Counted from the first letter of the whole stretch, positions 37,011 through 49,107 are shown. The stretch: 63,543 nucleotides of DNA, filler included, from Globobulimina sp. (GCA_003354225.1; 26 parts of 26 records of this genome joined end to end with filler, not necessarily neighbours in it); one strand, 5' to 3'. Notes: generated by a model not told the origin, from the letters alone. Numbers and translations are program-made.

Positions 37011-38086
37011 GTTAATTGTCGTAATTCGAAGTATCTGCATTTTTCATTCATTAAAAGCAGGCAGTTTGTAATCGGAGGTGGCAGCCAAGTGCAATATTTC
37101 CATTGGTGGCAGATCAGAATCAACACATAGGACATGGTAGCCATCCAATGTTCCGTTTTGATTTATCGATATTGTCAGCGATTCCGCAGTGAGTAATAAT
37201 ATGTAAATATTTGGATGGCCGATATCATTGCTATTACACGTACCAATTGCAAGCGTATGCGATGACATTTGCCAATATTTTTTACTGTGCAATGGCATAC
37301 CGATTCTTATGTGCACTTATATTAAATATGGATAATGATCAATAAAATGGAGATGATATGATATGATATGATGTCCCAAATGGCACATTCACACATTGCC
37401 ATTCATTGTATACCAATTAATTCATAGTCATTCATAGTTTAATTTGTTGCAAATTGCAATCTGAATTTAATTGTTTAGTACCAATCGGAAAGTTGTCCAA
37501 TCAAAAATATATTACATTGTCGATTCGATACTGTATAATTATAAATGATGTTTTTCTTCAAAATTTGTTTTGTTTTGCGACGGGATTATTGTCTCGCTTT
37601 TAAATATCACCAAGAATACGTGTCATATTTTATTTATTTTTGTTAATTGTCGGATTTCGAAGTATCTGCATTGCTCATTCAGTAAAAGCAGGCAGTTTGT
37701 AATCGGAGGCCAAGAGCAATATTAATATTGCCATTAATTGGTGGCAGAATCGTTGATGCCATGAATGAAATATTCGACATGGTAGCCATCCAATGTTCCG
37801 TACGTTAATTTGATTTAGCCATTGGTTTGAAACGCATTCAGAGACATCGATATTGTCAGCGATTCCGCAGTGTGTGATAGGTCCATTGCGATTGGTTCCG
37901 AGTAATAATATGTAAATATATAATATACGATGCATAAGAACTTTGCTATTGGAAGAATGGTAAGTAACTCAGTGACACTTTCTCAAGGTTCAAAAAACAG
38001 CTATCAGTTTGGAGCATGGCGGACCAGTATAATGAGCTAAATATTTGGCCGATATCATTGCTATTACACCAAGCGTATGCGATGAA
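37011..38086. repeat. Degenerate direct duplication (~37011..37265 vs ~37642..38086)
   Basis: Shared blocks such as aaaagcaggcagtttgtaatcggagg, gacatggtagccatccaatgttccg, atcgatattgtcagcgattccgcagtg and ggccgatatcattgctattacac, separated by indels. Confidence 0.85.
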
Positions 38087-38372
38087 TTTTAGTTTTCAGT
38101 TCGGCAGCAGTACAGTTTTTCTCATCTTTATCATGGCAACAGGACAGGTATTTTTTAAAACGTTTGCATATTGTGTATATTCTTTGTGGCTGGGCGGTCT
38201 ATTCTTAATTCTATAAATATTATATATTCGATATTCCTTTGTTGGTTGGTTGCATTTTGACTCCAAAACTTGTTGAATTTTATGACGAAGTTTTGTGGAG
38301 AGGGGGTGGTGTGGTGCGGGTAGTGGTGTAGAGAGGAGGTGGTGTGAGACACTTTCATTTCCTCAGTCGATC

Positions 38373-39077
38373 ATGGATTTTATCTCGTACGCATTCGTAT
38401 TATTCACTGTTGCTGTTTATTCCCAATGCGATATCAGTATTACACGATCACCAGCAACAACAATTCCTGACGGTGACCTAAACGGAATCCAAGACGATAT
38501 AACAGCATCCGCGGAACCGTCCGGCTGTTTTGTTGATTCCCTGAGTATTACACTCAATGTTACCCATTCATATAGCGGTGATTTACATTTTAATTTAAAT
38601 GGTTTTGATTTTTTTGGTGGTCAATGTGGTGGTGAGGATGACTTAGATGTCACTGTCACGGGTACGTATATAGGTTGTTTCTTATTTATTATTTGTATTT
38701 TGATCACTATAAATTAATATGACATACAAATAAAAACAAAAGATTCAAGCACGACACCCTATGGCTGTCCAGATGGAGCAGATGATGTTCAACCAATTTC
38801 TAGTTTTGCTGATGAATTTGGTGGTGATTTATTGGATGTCGATACAATTTGGACACTCTCAGTTTATGATGCTGACGGTGGCACTGAGGGAACATTACAA
38901 AGCTGGACACTATGCATTACCACTCACTGTCCCACGACTACGGCAATGCCCATATCCACCACAACAACAACAATGGCCATATCATCAGATTCCTCATCAG
39001 ACAGTGCAGAGAGTGATGATTCGTCGGACGATGCAAATAACGCATTGTTTGCTGGCAATGAGGCGATGGATAATAAT
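38373..39077 (+). CDS. Secreted protein with a stand-alone proprotein-convertase P-domain and a Thr/Ser/Asp-rich tail, 3'-partial; intron 38662..38742
   Basis: Signal peptide; TIPD, LNVTHSYSGDL and WTLSVYDADGGTEGTLQSWTL. Confidence 0.75.
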
Positions 39078-39435
39078 NNNNNNNNNNNNNNNNNNNNNNN
39101 NNNNNNNNNNNNNNNNNNNNNTTAATTAATTAANNNNNNNNNNNNNNNNNNNNNNNNNNNNNNNNNNNNNNNNNNNNAACAGAAAATAAATTAAAAAAAT
39201 ACATTGGAAAAGAACTAAGAAGAATTTTGTATCCATATTTTACATCTATTAACACAAAATTTTGTATTTTATTCACCATTTCGCCCGCAATAAATTGTGC
39301 CAAATCAACGGAATCAACATTTAAATTTGCTGCTAACTTAACTGCCAATAGCAATCAAAGCTGGTACTGGTGATTTTGTAAAATAAATCCGAGAACTTGA
39401 CATTTTCAAAATTAAGTGTTTTTAAAATTTAAACC

Positions 39436-41319
39436 ATGGTGGATGTGAACGCTGCGTGGAACTCATACATTGACAAGTTTGGATATGGACCACAAAATGC
39501 CACACAATTACAAAAATTCAGCAGGTCAGTCGCCTGCAAACATGTAGCAAATCTATCTTACAAAGATGCCCAAAAAATGTTTGCAAGCAATAAAGGCAAA
39601 GGAAAAATTGATACTGCTCCAATAATAAATATTAAACCTATTATCGATAAACGAATATTAATTGTATTATTATGTGGACTTCCTGGCTCCGGCAAAACAA
39701 CCTTAGCTCAACATGTTGATACGAAAACCATTGATATAAAAAGCATTCTTCCCGCATTCGACCACAAATTACACAATGAAACAAATATTACATATCATCA
39801 TGTTTGTTATGATTCTTTTTTATTCAAATCATTAACAGAAACTAATAAAAACCAAAACGATGCAAATATTATATTTGATAACTTATTGTGGAAAAAATCG
39901 CGAAACTCAGCATTCATCGAAGCAGAAACATTAATCATAAATCATATAAAAAACAGCAAGAAACACAATTATTCACTAATATTTATTGACGATAATATGT
40001 ATTTCCGTTCAATGCGATATAAATTCTATAAACTGGCCAAGAAATACAGCACTGGCTTTTGCATTATTTACCTGGACACAAATAAAAATGAATGCATTCA
40101 ACGCAATAATAAACGTAAAGGAATGCACAAAGTTCAAACCTCAATCATTCAACGAATGAGCGATAAGTTCCAACCTCCAAATTGCAATAAATATAGCTGG
40201 GAATATAATAATTGTTTCACGTTTGCATCAACCTCCAATGGCACTGATATTGAAGAGAAAAAGTGTGATGATACGGGTTTATTTGGTGATTTATATAAAA
40301 TAATACAGGACTCTTGGCGCAAAATACCAGTGGTGAATGAAATCGATGCCAACAAACAATTTGAATCTAGAAAAGCAAATATAAACAGTTTAAGACACCA
40401 AACGGATTTGAAACTAAGAAAGGCAATGTCTGAATGGATGCAGTTAATAAAAGGTATGAAGAACGTTAACATGGCAGATATTTCAAAGCAAATTGTTGGG
40501 ATTAAAAAGAATGTGTTGGAAGATGTCAGTAAATGTGTTATTGATGATGTGGATGAATTGAATATTATGCTGGCTGGGTTTGAGCATGAATTTAATGAAA
40601 TGGTAGCTCAATATTTTGATTTATTGGGCATTGAGCTGGATAAAAAATGTAAAAATGAATGGAAACCTGACAGGGTGTCGACACCAAACTTAATGTTCAA
40701 CTTTTTTGCTGATTCGACGAGGATTTATTGGAATAAGTCGAAAAATATGGATGTTGATTTATGGAAGGAATATTTGAAAGTTTATAAGCATTTAACTGCT
40801 ATAAATCATCAGGAAATGAAGGATCAACATCGTACAAAACATGTTCACGTCGCATTGGCATCAATTGCAATGTATCGCGCATTGAAGAATGTGAAGCAGT
40901 GCAATGATAAAGAAATAAGGGAGCAAATTAAAGGAATGTTTCATTCGATGTTGAAAAATATATTTAGAGCGCAGCGGAATAAATTGAGACGTTCGAGTAA
41001 CGCATGGGTTTCATTTAAGGGGTTTGTTGTGAATGGTACACAGAGTGAATATGGTACTTTTGAGCCAGAGTTTATTCGGAATGATGAGAGTGCGGTGTTT
41101 TGGAACTTTCATAAATGTACCTTTCATGAGATTTGTGTCAAGAATGAAGCAAATGCTGTTGGAGCAATGTTGTGTGATTATGATTATATTTTAGCTGAAT
41201 ATATAAGTCCATGGATTACATTTAAAAGAGATAAAACCATTGCTTGTGGTGATAATGTGTGTACTTTTAGGTATTGTAAAAATGAATCTGTTAAAGATAT
41301 TGAGGATTGGTGCATGTGA
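39436..41319 (+). CDS. PSTK: O-phosphoseryl-tRNA(Sec) kinase fused to a C-terminal ATC-hydrolase/V4R-like domain
   Basis: LLCGLPGSGKTT, HVCYD, IDDNMYFRSMRYKFYKLAKKYSTGF, CIQRN and FQPP..YSWE (PSTK); tail FHKCTFHEIC...LCDYD...FKRDKTIACGDNVCTFRY. Confidence 0.88.
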   Translation: MVDVNAAWNSYIDKFGYGPQNATQLQKFSRSVACKHVANLSYKDAQKMFASNKGKGKIDTAPIINIKPIIDKRILIVLLCGLPGSGKTTLAQHVDTKTIDIKSILPAFDHKLHNETNITYHHVCYDSFLFKSLTETNKNQNDANIIFDNLLWKKSRNSAFIEAETLIINHIKNSKKHNYSLIFIDDNMYFRSMRYKFYKLAKKYSTGFCIIYLDTNKNECIQRNNKRKGMHKVQTSIIQRMSDKFQPPNCNKYSWEYNNCFTFASTSNGTDIEEKKCDDTGLFGDLYKIIQDSWRKIPVVNEIDANKQFESRKANINSLRHQTDLKLRKAMSEWMQLIKGMKNVNMADISKQIVGIKKNVLEDVSKCVIDDVDELNIMLAGFEHEFNEMVAQYFDLLGIELDKKCKNEWKPDRVSTPNLMFNFFADSTRIYWNKSKNMDVDLWKEYLKVYKHLTAINHQEMKDQHRTKHVHVALASIAMYRALKNVKQCNDKEIREQIKGMFHSMLKNIFRAQRNKLRRSSNAWVSFKGFVVNGTQSEYGTFEPEFIRNDESAVFWNFHKCTFHEICVKNEANAVGAMLCDYDYILAEYISPWITFKRDKTIACGDNVCTFRYCKNESVKDIEDWCM

Positions 41320-41624
41320 TTTGTTCGCGGCGTGACAGCTAATAATACGTTTTTGCATAAGATCCTATGGTATCATATTTTTGTTATGATCAATCTGTCA
41401 ATACAAGTCCCCAAAACTGTTTTGTATGTGTTTGTGGGATGTATCTCTGTTTCAGAAAATCCTTTTATATTAAAAACATTTTAACACAAAAACCGTAATT
41501 ATCCGTATTCTGTATGATTCATTANNNNNNNNNNNNNNNNNNNNNNNNNNNNNNNNNNNNNNNNNNNNTTAATTAATTAANNNNNNNNNNNNNNNNNNNN
41601 NNNNNNNNNNNNNNNNNNNNNNNN

Positions 41625-42471
41625 TTACAATTGTTATCCAATTCAAATAATTTTTGATTGCTAGTTTTAAAGAATTGAGCAAATGTTTAACTTTGTTGCC
41701 GTTATTCAGCGCATTTATGTCTCTGTATAACAACCGATAATACCAATGTGTTGACGATGGACGCTCGTCAATTAACGGCGACGTTTGGTTGAATGTATCC
41801 ATTTCATGCTTAACGATTGCAGTTTGTTTCAGGCTTTCCCCATTATTCAAATCTTTGATAATAACAATCAACAAAATGAATGAGATAACAATTGTAACAA
41901 TTCCACAAAACCAGAAATATTCTCTCCAAATATGATATTCATCGTACAAATATGCCTGGAATGTAGTGCCAGATAACTGGAACAAAAAGGATGTCGCAAA
42001 AATTATGCCAACTGCAAACGCCAAGTGTTTAGTACCAAAGCGTTGATCCGCAATGGATGTGGATGCTAAAAACAAGGGACTGATGAACAAACCACAAATA
42101 AATTGCACAACGGAGGCGGAGATTAAAGTGGATGTAAAGCCAAAGCATAAAATGCATATTCCCAAACCAAATGTGGATGTGCACAAAATCAAGGGCGCGT
42201 TACATATTTCTAACAGTAAACCACAGGGAATTTGCATAAGTGTATATGCGATATAAAAGGAGGATGATAGTGAACCAATCCCTGTTGAAGTGGTGTTGAA
42301 TTCTGTTTGTAATGCATCGATTATAGGTGCGAGTGCGCCACGATATGAGAAACCTATTGAATATCCCAATGTACCTAATCCGACATATAAATAATCAACA
42401 CATCGATATTTCATTTTGCACTGAAGAGTTTTTTCATTTTTAAAATATAGTTCATGGCTCATCCACACCAC
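41625..42471 (-). CDS. MFS transporter, N-terminal half (3'-partial)
   Basis: YRGALAPIIDALQTEF..GIGSLSSSFYIAYTLMQIPCGLLLE; six TM helices. Confidence 0.85.
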
Positions 42472-43224
42472 GGATTGCCATTAGCTAAAGATACATCCAA
42501 TGATCCAAAAAGAAATTAAAAACACGTACATGGTGATATTAAAAACTGCGTTAAAGAAAAAAACCAGTCCACAAAAACTGGGTCGGTCAGAAACATGTTA
42601 TGAATTTTGTTCAACCTGTTGTCATTTTGTGAGTCACAAACAAGTTATACATTATCAATATTTAATATTATATATTGATACATCCAGCCATGGGGAAGCC
42701 TGACAGTGTGTTTATTTGGACTAGTTTTGCTATTGTGACTAGTTTGGACTACTGTAGTTTTTGTAGACTAGTTTGAACCACGGCAACAAAATGAAAATAC
42801 ACTCTTACAATCAATATTCGGAGTGATGAAAAATACAATTTAATTAATAATCAAATTCGTAGAAATTAAACAATGAAATAATCCGTATACACATAATTGC
42901 AAAGTACAAAGATTGTGAGGTCAGTGAGGAAAATAGTGAGAGCGCCAGGGAATACGTTGAAAAAAGAAGATTTCTGACATCAGCCACCTACATTATTGTG
43001 ACATTGTCCTTTTAGCTGCGCGCGAATGCGCATAAACATTAAACATATGCACGTGTCATACAGTCAGACCTCTTTTTGAAACGTTTTTTGAGCGCTTCTC
43101 ACTAATTATATTCATAAAATACATATAACAACAAAACAAAAGCTAATATCCGCATTATTCCCAGCCAACATCCACCGGAATGTTGGGTAGGAACAGTACA
43201 CATATTTGCCTTTGTTAAATCATA

Positions 43225-43719
43225 TTATTTTCGATTAATATCATGTTGGTCTTTTAACACAAATACAATTATCGGAGCCCTTTTCATTGGAACTAAAGTC
43301 ACATTTTGCGGTAAACCGGTCCTTATTAATTGTTGCCGGCCATTTTGCGGTAAACCCGTGGTTACTAATTGTGCATGGCATGCATTTACAAGTTGCATAT
43401 TATTAAAATTATTATTACGACGAACATTATTATTATTATTATAAAAGTGATTGAAGTTAATTAAATTGTTATTTATTACGACATTATTATTATAATTTAC
43501 TACTAAATTCCGTCTACGACCATTTAGAAGATATCCATTCATCAAATTACAATTACGCCCATTTGTACGTCTTCTTGTAGCTATATGCTGATTTTGTATC
43601 TGTTGCATTTGCAGTACACCGTTATCCACATTGTTGCTTTGGACATTTGTGGCTTTTCCACATTCACTCTGTTTCTCATTCTTCTCAATAAACGTAGCTG
43701 CGGCAAATAAGGTATTCAA
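43225..43719 (-). CDS. Asn-rich low-complexity hypothetical ORF
   Basis: Poly-Asn runs and a duplicated TGLPQN; no domain recognised. Confidence 0.3.
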   Translation of the reverse strand: MNTLFAAATFIEKNEKQSECGKATNVQSNNVDNGVLQMQQIQNQHIATRRRTNGRNCNLMNGYLLNGRRRNLVVNYNNNVVINNNLINFNHFYNNNNNVRRNNNFNNMQLVNACHAQLVTTGLPQNGRQQLIRTGLPQNVTLVPMKRAPIIVFVLKDQHDINRK

Positions 43720-44071
43720 AAATCCGTACTGTGTCCCTTGGGTCTTGTACTGAGCAGTATTGATTTTCCTCTTTTGAAATTTGCTGGCAAAGATTGTAAA
43801 ATGCCATTTTATCGGTTCTCACATCAATCTCCGTTTGTTAAATTCATACAATTCATATGGAAACAAGTGCGGTCAGGATCATCGGCTTAAGATAAAACAC
43901 AGATCCAACCAGGGGCTGGTCAACTCAACCTACCCTCTCGGTCATCCGTTTAAAAACACGGTCGCGGGCAANNNNNNNNNNNNNNNNNNNNNNNNNNNNN
44001 NNNNNNNNNNNNNNNTTAATTAATTAANNNNNNNNNNNNNNNNNNNNNNNNNNNNNNNNNNNNNNNNNNNN

Positions 44072-44596
44072 CGAGATTTTACCGCAATTTATATTTGTGA
44101 ACATTGCAATGATTATAAGTCCGCAATGAAAATGTGGAATGAGTCGCCTTTAATGGCTCCGGCGTATATTATAATTACAGGACAAAATGAGTCGATGTTG
44201 ATTACAAGAGATGAGAGAGAAACTATACAGCCTATAATGGTGGCATTGCCATGTAAGTATACCGAGGATGAAGAGAAACAGAATGGGAATAAAATGGAAT
44301 ATATTTTGCAAACGAATATTGATCATTGGTTGTATGAGGAATCAGTGAATAACAACAAGAAGAACAAAAATAAGAATGGAAAACGAAACATAATGAGTGA
44401 TAGTGATACAATGGATAGTATTCGTAGATTGAATGTCGGACACAAATGTTTGAGTGAATGCGGAGGGAATTTGAATGAAGAGGAGATATGGAAGGTGTTG
44501 TATGAATATCCAATTCATGATCGAGAGTGGACCATTTATTCGACAGTTATGAATGTGCAATCTGGTTATTATAAAACGATAAGACATATTTATTAA
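44072..44596 (+). CDS. Acid ceramidase/NAAA-like Ntn hydrolase, C-terminal fragment
   Basis: PLMAPAYIIITG, LITRD, YILQTNIDHW, DSIRR, KVLYEYPI and TIYSTVM. Confidence 0.8.
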   Translation, partial: RDFTAIYICEHCNDYKSAMKMWNESPLMAPAYIIITGQNESMLITRDERETIQPIMVALPCKYTEDEEKQNGNKMEYILQTNIDHWLYEESVNNNKKNKNKNGKRNIMSDSDTMDSIRRLNVGHKCLSECGGNLNEEEIWKVLYEYPIHDREWTIYSTVMNVQSGYYKTIRHIY

Positions 44597-44808
44597 TTAT
44601 AACACTTGGTATTTAACAAGTACTCAACTTCGGACTTGTCATTTATGATTTATAATGGCACCGACAGTTAGGAAGCAATAGATTTTGTGTAACAACGAAA
44701 TGTGATTGCAATCTGTTTTTTGGTGAGTAATTTCAAGCTCAAGAAAAAAAGTTTGCAATGATGGCAACTAAAGCTTTATTGTTTTAGTTTAATTTCCATC
44801 AATGTCTT

Positions 44809-46196
44809 ATGTCGCTCTCGAATCCAACCATCAATGACAAAGTTAATCACAGCAACGATCTGTAATTTAGCAAACTAAAAGAACTCTTTGCATTTGTCCA
44901 TAACAGGTAATTTTGCAAAACAATAATGAAGGAACGGTTCGTTTCATTGGAACATTGGATAATTTCGTTTCATTGAATAATTTCAAGTACCCGGACCCAG
45001 AAATTTATTATGGTATAGAATTAATGGGAGAATATGGAACAAATAATGGCACCATAGACAATGTGAAATATTTTTCATGTAATAACAACAAAGGCATTTT
45101 CGTCACAAAAACTGAAATCAAAACTATTGACATTGCAAATATGAATGCATTGCGAATCTCAGTAAACGACCAAGTGCGAATCAAAAAATTTAAATGTATC
45201 GGCACTGTGCAGTTCATTGGATACACAGATTTTAAACCAAATATCATTTGGTATGGCATCAAATTGAAATGCAGAAAAGGCAAAAATGATGGAAAAGTTG
45301 GCGAGCGCAGATATTTTAAATGCTATCCTAAATATGGCACATTTGTTCGCTCAGAATCAATAATTTCATTGTCTGACTACCACAAATTACAGACAAAAAC
45401 TGCGAAGAGCACTGTTAATAATGTACTACATTTATTACATGGATATATTCGGGAAAATAAAATATTTCATCACCAAAAAAGTAGATTAAATCAATTGTAT
45501 TCCATATTGCCTGTCATTGAAGCATTTGCGATGACGCTGAGAAACAACAAATTTTTTACGTTATTGGTTTCTGACAAACCTTATAACAAAAAAGGATATG
45601 ATAGAAACAAAAAAAGCAAAACTCCGTTGAAAAAGATTATTAATTTGGATAAAAAAAACAAATTCAACACTGATAAATGCCCTCAATGCAGAAATAAGAA
45701 CGGTTTGGTGTTTGAAGCAAATTATACTGCCACAATATGGGTGTTGCAGCGTCAATGGTTTGTTGATAATGTAAATGAATATAAATGCTCGAAATGCGGA
45801 TGTTATGTGGATCATATTATAGGCTATGAACGAAAGATTGATCGATACCAGCTTTCAATGAATTTTTCAATGACCGTTACTACCATCACACCATTTAAAA
45901 TGAAGGGGTTTGCCGATGTGGATATATACAGTCAAATTGTGAAAGTACATAGAATCGAAATTGAAAGGAATGTGAAAATGTTGCAAACTGATACAAAATA
46001 TAACGATCTGAGAAAGAAATGTGGAGAGTGTAACAAAAAAATGAAATTAACATTTTATTTGTCGAGAAGTTATGGGTTTAATTTATATGAATTGAAATAT
46101 ACTTTGTGGTGTGGTCGGTGCAAATTGTATTTGTATTATAAACGTAGTGGGAATCACAGTGGAAATCATAAACGTAGATGTAAGTTGACAATGTAA
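44809..46196 (+). CDS. Protein with two CAP-Gly domains and a Cys-rich C-terminus; intron 44842..44906
   Basis: GTVRFIG...YYGIEL..GTNNGTIDNVKYF and GTVQFIG...WYGIKL..GKNDGKVGERRYF; CxxC pairs near the C-terminus. Confidence 0.85.
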
Positions 46197-46518
46197 TGTA
46201 ACGTATAGTATTTTATAGGTGCTTTTTCTTTATATATAAAGTAAATTTATGATGATAGTGTTAGAAAAGCTATGATCTACTTCGAGATTTCGATTGAGGA
46301 ACGGTCGAAGCAAACCGTGTCTGGTGACTGACAAATAAGGTAATCTGACGCTGAAAACCGGATTTGTATATACTTTCCCGTACTTTGGTTTAGAGGGATT
46401 CCTTTTTAGACTTTTTAGNNNNNNNNNNNNNNNNNNNNNNNNNNNNNNNNNNNNNNNNNNNNTTAATTAATTAANNNNNNNNNNNNNNNNNNNNNNNNNN
46501 NNNNNNNNNNNNNNNNNN

Positions 46519-48492
46519 TGATGAAGAATCGTCATTTGTTGATGTTGACTCTTCGTCGCTGCTTTCCTCGTAATGCTCAAATGTTACATTCAATGCAGTT
46601 GAGAATTGTTGTGGTGCCATATTGTAAACTGAGGCTAATGTGGATAAATTTTGTAATAACATTGCCAATCTTTGTTGTGATGTACATTGTGTTTGTTTTG
46701 GTAGAATGATGTTTGAGTTTGACACTGAGGATAAAAACATTTCTTTGGCACCAATAAAATCAATATTTAATATTCGCAAATATATAAATGCTCGATCTCG
46801 CAAATCAAAGTTGTTTGACTGAGTTGAAATACCCAATACTTTATTCATCAAATCCTTTGTTTTTTGTGTTGGTGTTTGTAAAAATAATTTGATGGAAGCT
46901 GTCAATAATTGTAACTGTACACGTTTTGTTTCATCATTAAATGTGTCGACATAATTAGATAATCGATCAGATGCATCGCCAATAAGTTGGCAATATTCAC
47001 CAATTATCCATATCATACTTGCATTTGCTTTGGGATCAATCAATAATTCATTTGTAACATTTTCGCATAATACATTAACAAAAACATGTGTATATTTATG
47101 TGGATATCTTCTCAAAATGTGTGCAATTTCAATGACAGATTGTTGTACAATATAAACAATTTTGGTTTCAATTAATTCTGATAATATTTCAGCACATTTT
47201 GCTGCGGCAAATTCCAAATTGATTGCAATATCACCAATGTTGCAGATCACTTCGCGAACAAATTCAAAATCAACACAGTGCGCATATTCATCCAATTGCA
47301 TTAATATTCGTTGCATATTCTGCTTTGTTACTAACTTTCTCAAAATTTTTAATTTTTCCGTTTTAATAAAAAATGCTGTCATCATATTTAATAAAAAATG
47401 CTGTCATATTTCCACTAAACATATTTGGATATTTTTGTATCATAATATTAATATTTGTCAATGCAACATATTGTATTTCTGTCGGTTGTGCCAATAATCT
47501 GATCAAAGGAGCTTCCAATCTTTTGCAAAATTTCTCAATTTCATACTTTTCAGCAAAGCCATCTATGCAATGAACAATGCATCGAACCGCACACAGAACA
47601 ACAGCATTATTTGAGTTCCACAACAAAGGAATAATGTGCTCACAAATGTGCTTTGTTTGTCGTTTATTTGTTTTGAATTTGCTCAAAGCATCCAATGTAT
47701 AAACAATTCCCCATTCAAAAGGCGAAGCTGTATCAACCATTGCAAACTTCAATAACAATGATAAAACATCATTACATAATATATATTTTGATAAATTGCA
47801 CTCTTTATGCGTTGAATCGATACTTCTTATCCAATATGATACGATTTGTGTTGTGCAAAAGTAATAATTCACATTGTGCCGCCTCATCAGAATAAGTAAA
47901 TGACTTAAAATGTTATCGTTGATACGAAAGTGATCGATGCCTGAAGTTTGACAAATTTCTGTCAGAGCAACAACAACATTTGCTACCACCATTGGGTCTG
48001 CATCAAACAGCATTGTTCGTAATATGTCAATAAATCCTCTTTCTTCAACTAAGTCATATGATATATTATGCAGTTTAGCAACAGCCATTGCAGCAGTTTT
48101 ACGAACGTACGCGTTTTCATCTTTTAATGCAATATCATACGATGTACGTTAATATTACCCATTGATTTGATGGATAATGCGCGCATTAATGGATTTGGAT
48201 TATTTGTAGCATCTTTTTGAAACATCCCAACCACTAAAATTGCTTTTTCTGGCTGGCTTTCACAATAAGTCCGGCTAGAAAAATATACTGTTTTTTTTAA
48301 TTTTTGATGATCACTGCCCATTGATTTTATTACATCACAAAACAACATTGATACATTTGTACCAACAGTCATTTGTTCAACCACTTTTACAACAGCTTCA
48401 AGGATTTGTTCACGATCCACACTATTGAGTTTGTCTTGCAATTCTCGAATTGCTCCCCGTTTGCTGCCTGTAAAATACTTTGTTTCTGCCAT
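46519..48492 (-). pseudogene. Beta-adaptin (AP-1/AP-2 beta-like) with two frameshifts (~48140, ~47370) and a ~50-aa insertion
   Basis: MAETKYFTGSKRG, MTVGTNVSMLF, LKDENAYVRKTAAMAVAKL, DADPMVVANV, EIQYVALTNI, WIIGEY and DLRDRAFIY, spread over three frames. Confidence 0.8.
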
Positions 48493-48542
48493 GCACTTTG
48501 TCAAGTTTTCTATTTTTATAGTCAAGTGAGCTAATATAAAAC

Positions 48543-48865
48543 ATGGGTTCAGAAATATCAGACTGTGACACAAACGATACCACAAATGCAGAGTGCAAAA
48601 AAGGCGAGAAAACAGAATTAAAACAAAATGAAGACTACAACACTGCGAAATTAAAACAACCCACAATGAATCGTCTACGCACAGTGTGGATCACCGAACA
48701 ATATCCAGACACTCGTTTCTCTGCACATTACACTAAACTAAAACAAATAGGAAAGCCAGGATCTTTTGGCACCGCCTTTCAATGTCAAAGGAAATGTGAT
48801 GACAAAATATTTGCAGTCAAAGAGATATCCAAAGCAAAGATATATAGATTGGATCCTTCACATAA
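48543..48865 (+). CDS. Ser/Thr protein kinase (CAMK/CDPK-like), N-terminal fragment with a predicted myristoylation site
   Basis: MGSEISDC; IGKPGSFGTAFQC...FAVKEISK. Confidence 0.8.
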
Positions 48866-48965
48866 NNNNNNNNNNNNNNNNNNNNNNNNNNNNNNNNNNN
48901 NNNNNNNNNTTAATTAATTAANNNNNNNNNNNNNNNNNNNNNNNNNNNNNNNNNNNNNNNNNNNN

Positions 48966-49035
48966 CTGCCCTGCTCGAGGTGCGCGACTTCGACATGGTT
49001 GAGGCGGCCAAATCCCTCGGCGCGCTATCCTCGTC
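48966..49035 (+). other. GC-rich bacterial ABC-permease fragment (EAA loop); probable chimera
   Basis: ALLEVRDFDMVEAAKSLGA; much higher GC than the rest of the contig. Confidence 0.6.
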
Positions 49036-49107
49036 TGTTATTGATGCGCTCAATAGCCGGCCCCGAAAATAATCCATGCGTAGCAAACGCATATATTCTT
49101 TTAGCCA
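49036..49107 (-). pseudogene. PRPS: Short internal fragment of ribose-phosphate pyrophosphokinase
   Basis: AKRIYAFATHGLFSGPAIERINN. Confidence 0.7.

Noticed and set aside
17146-48492. Programmed frameshifting or an alternative genetic code to explain the broken SDR, UbiA and beta-adaptin genes
   Set aside because: The breaks share no slippery motif and some lie in homopolymers or short repeats; intact genes use TAA and TGA as normal stops; sequencing error or pseudogenisation is simpler
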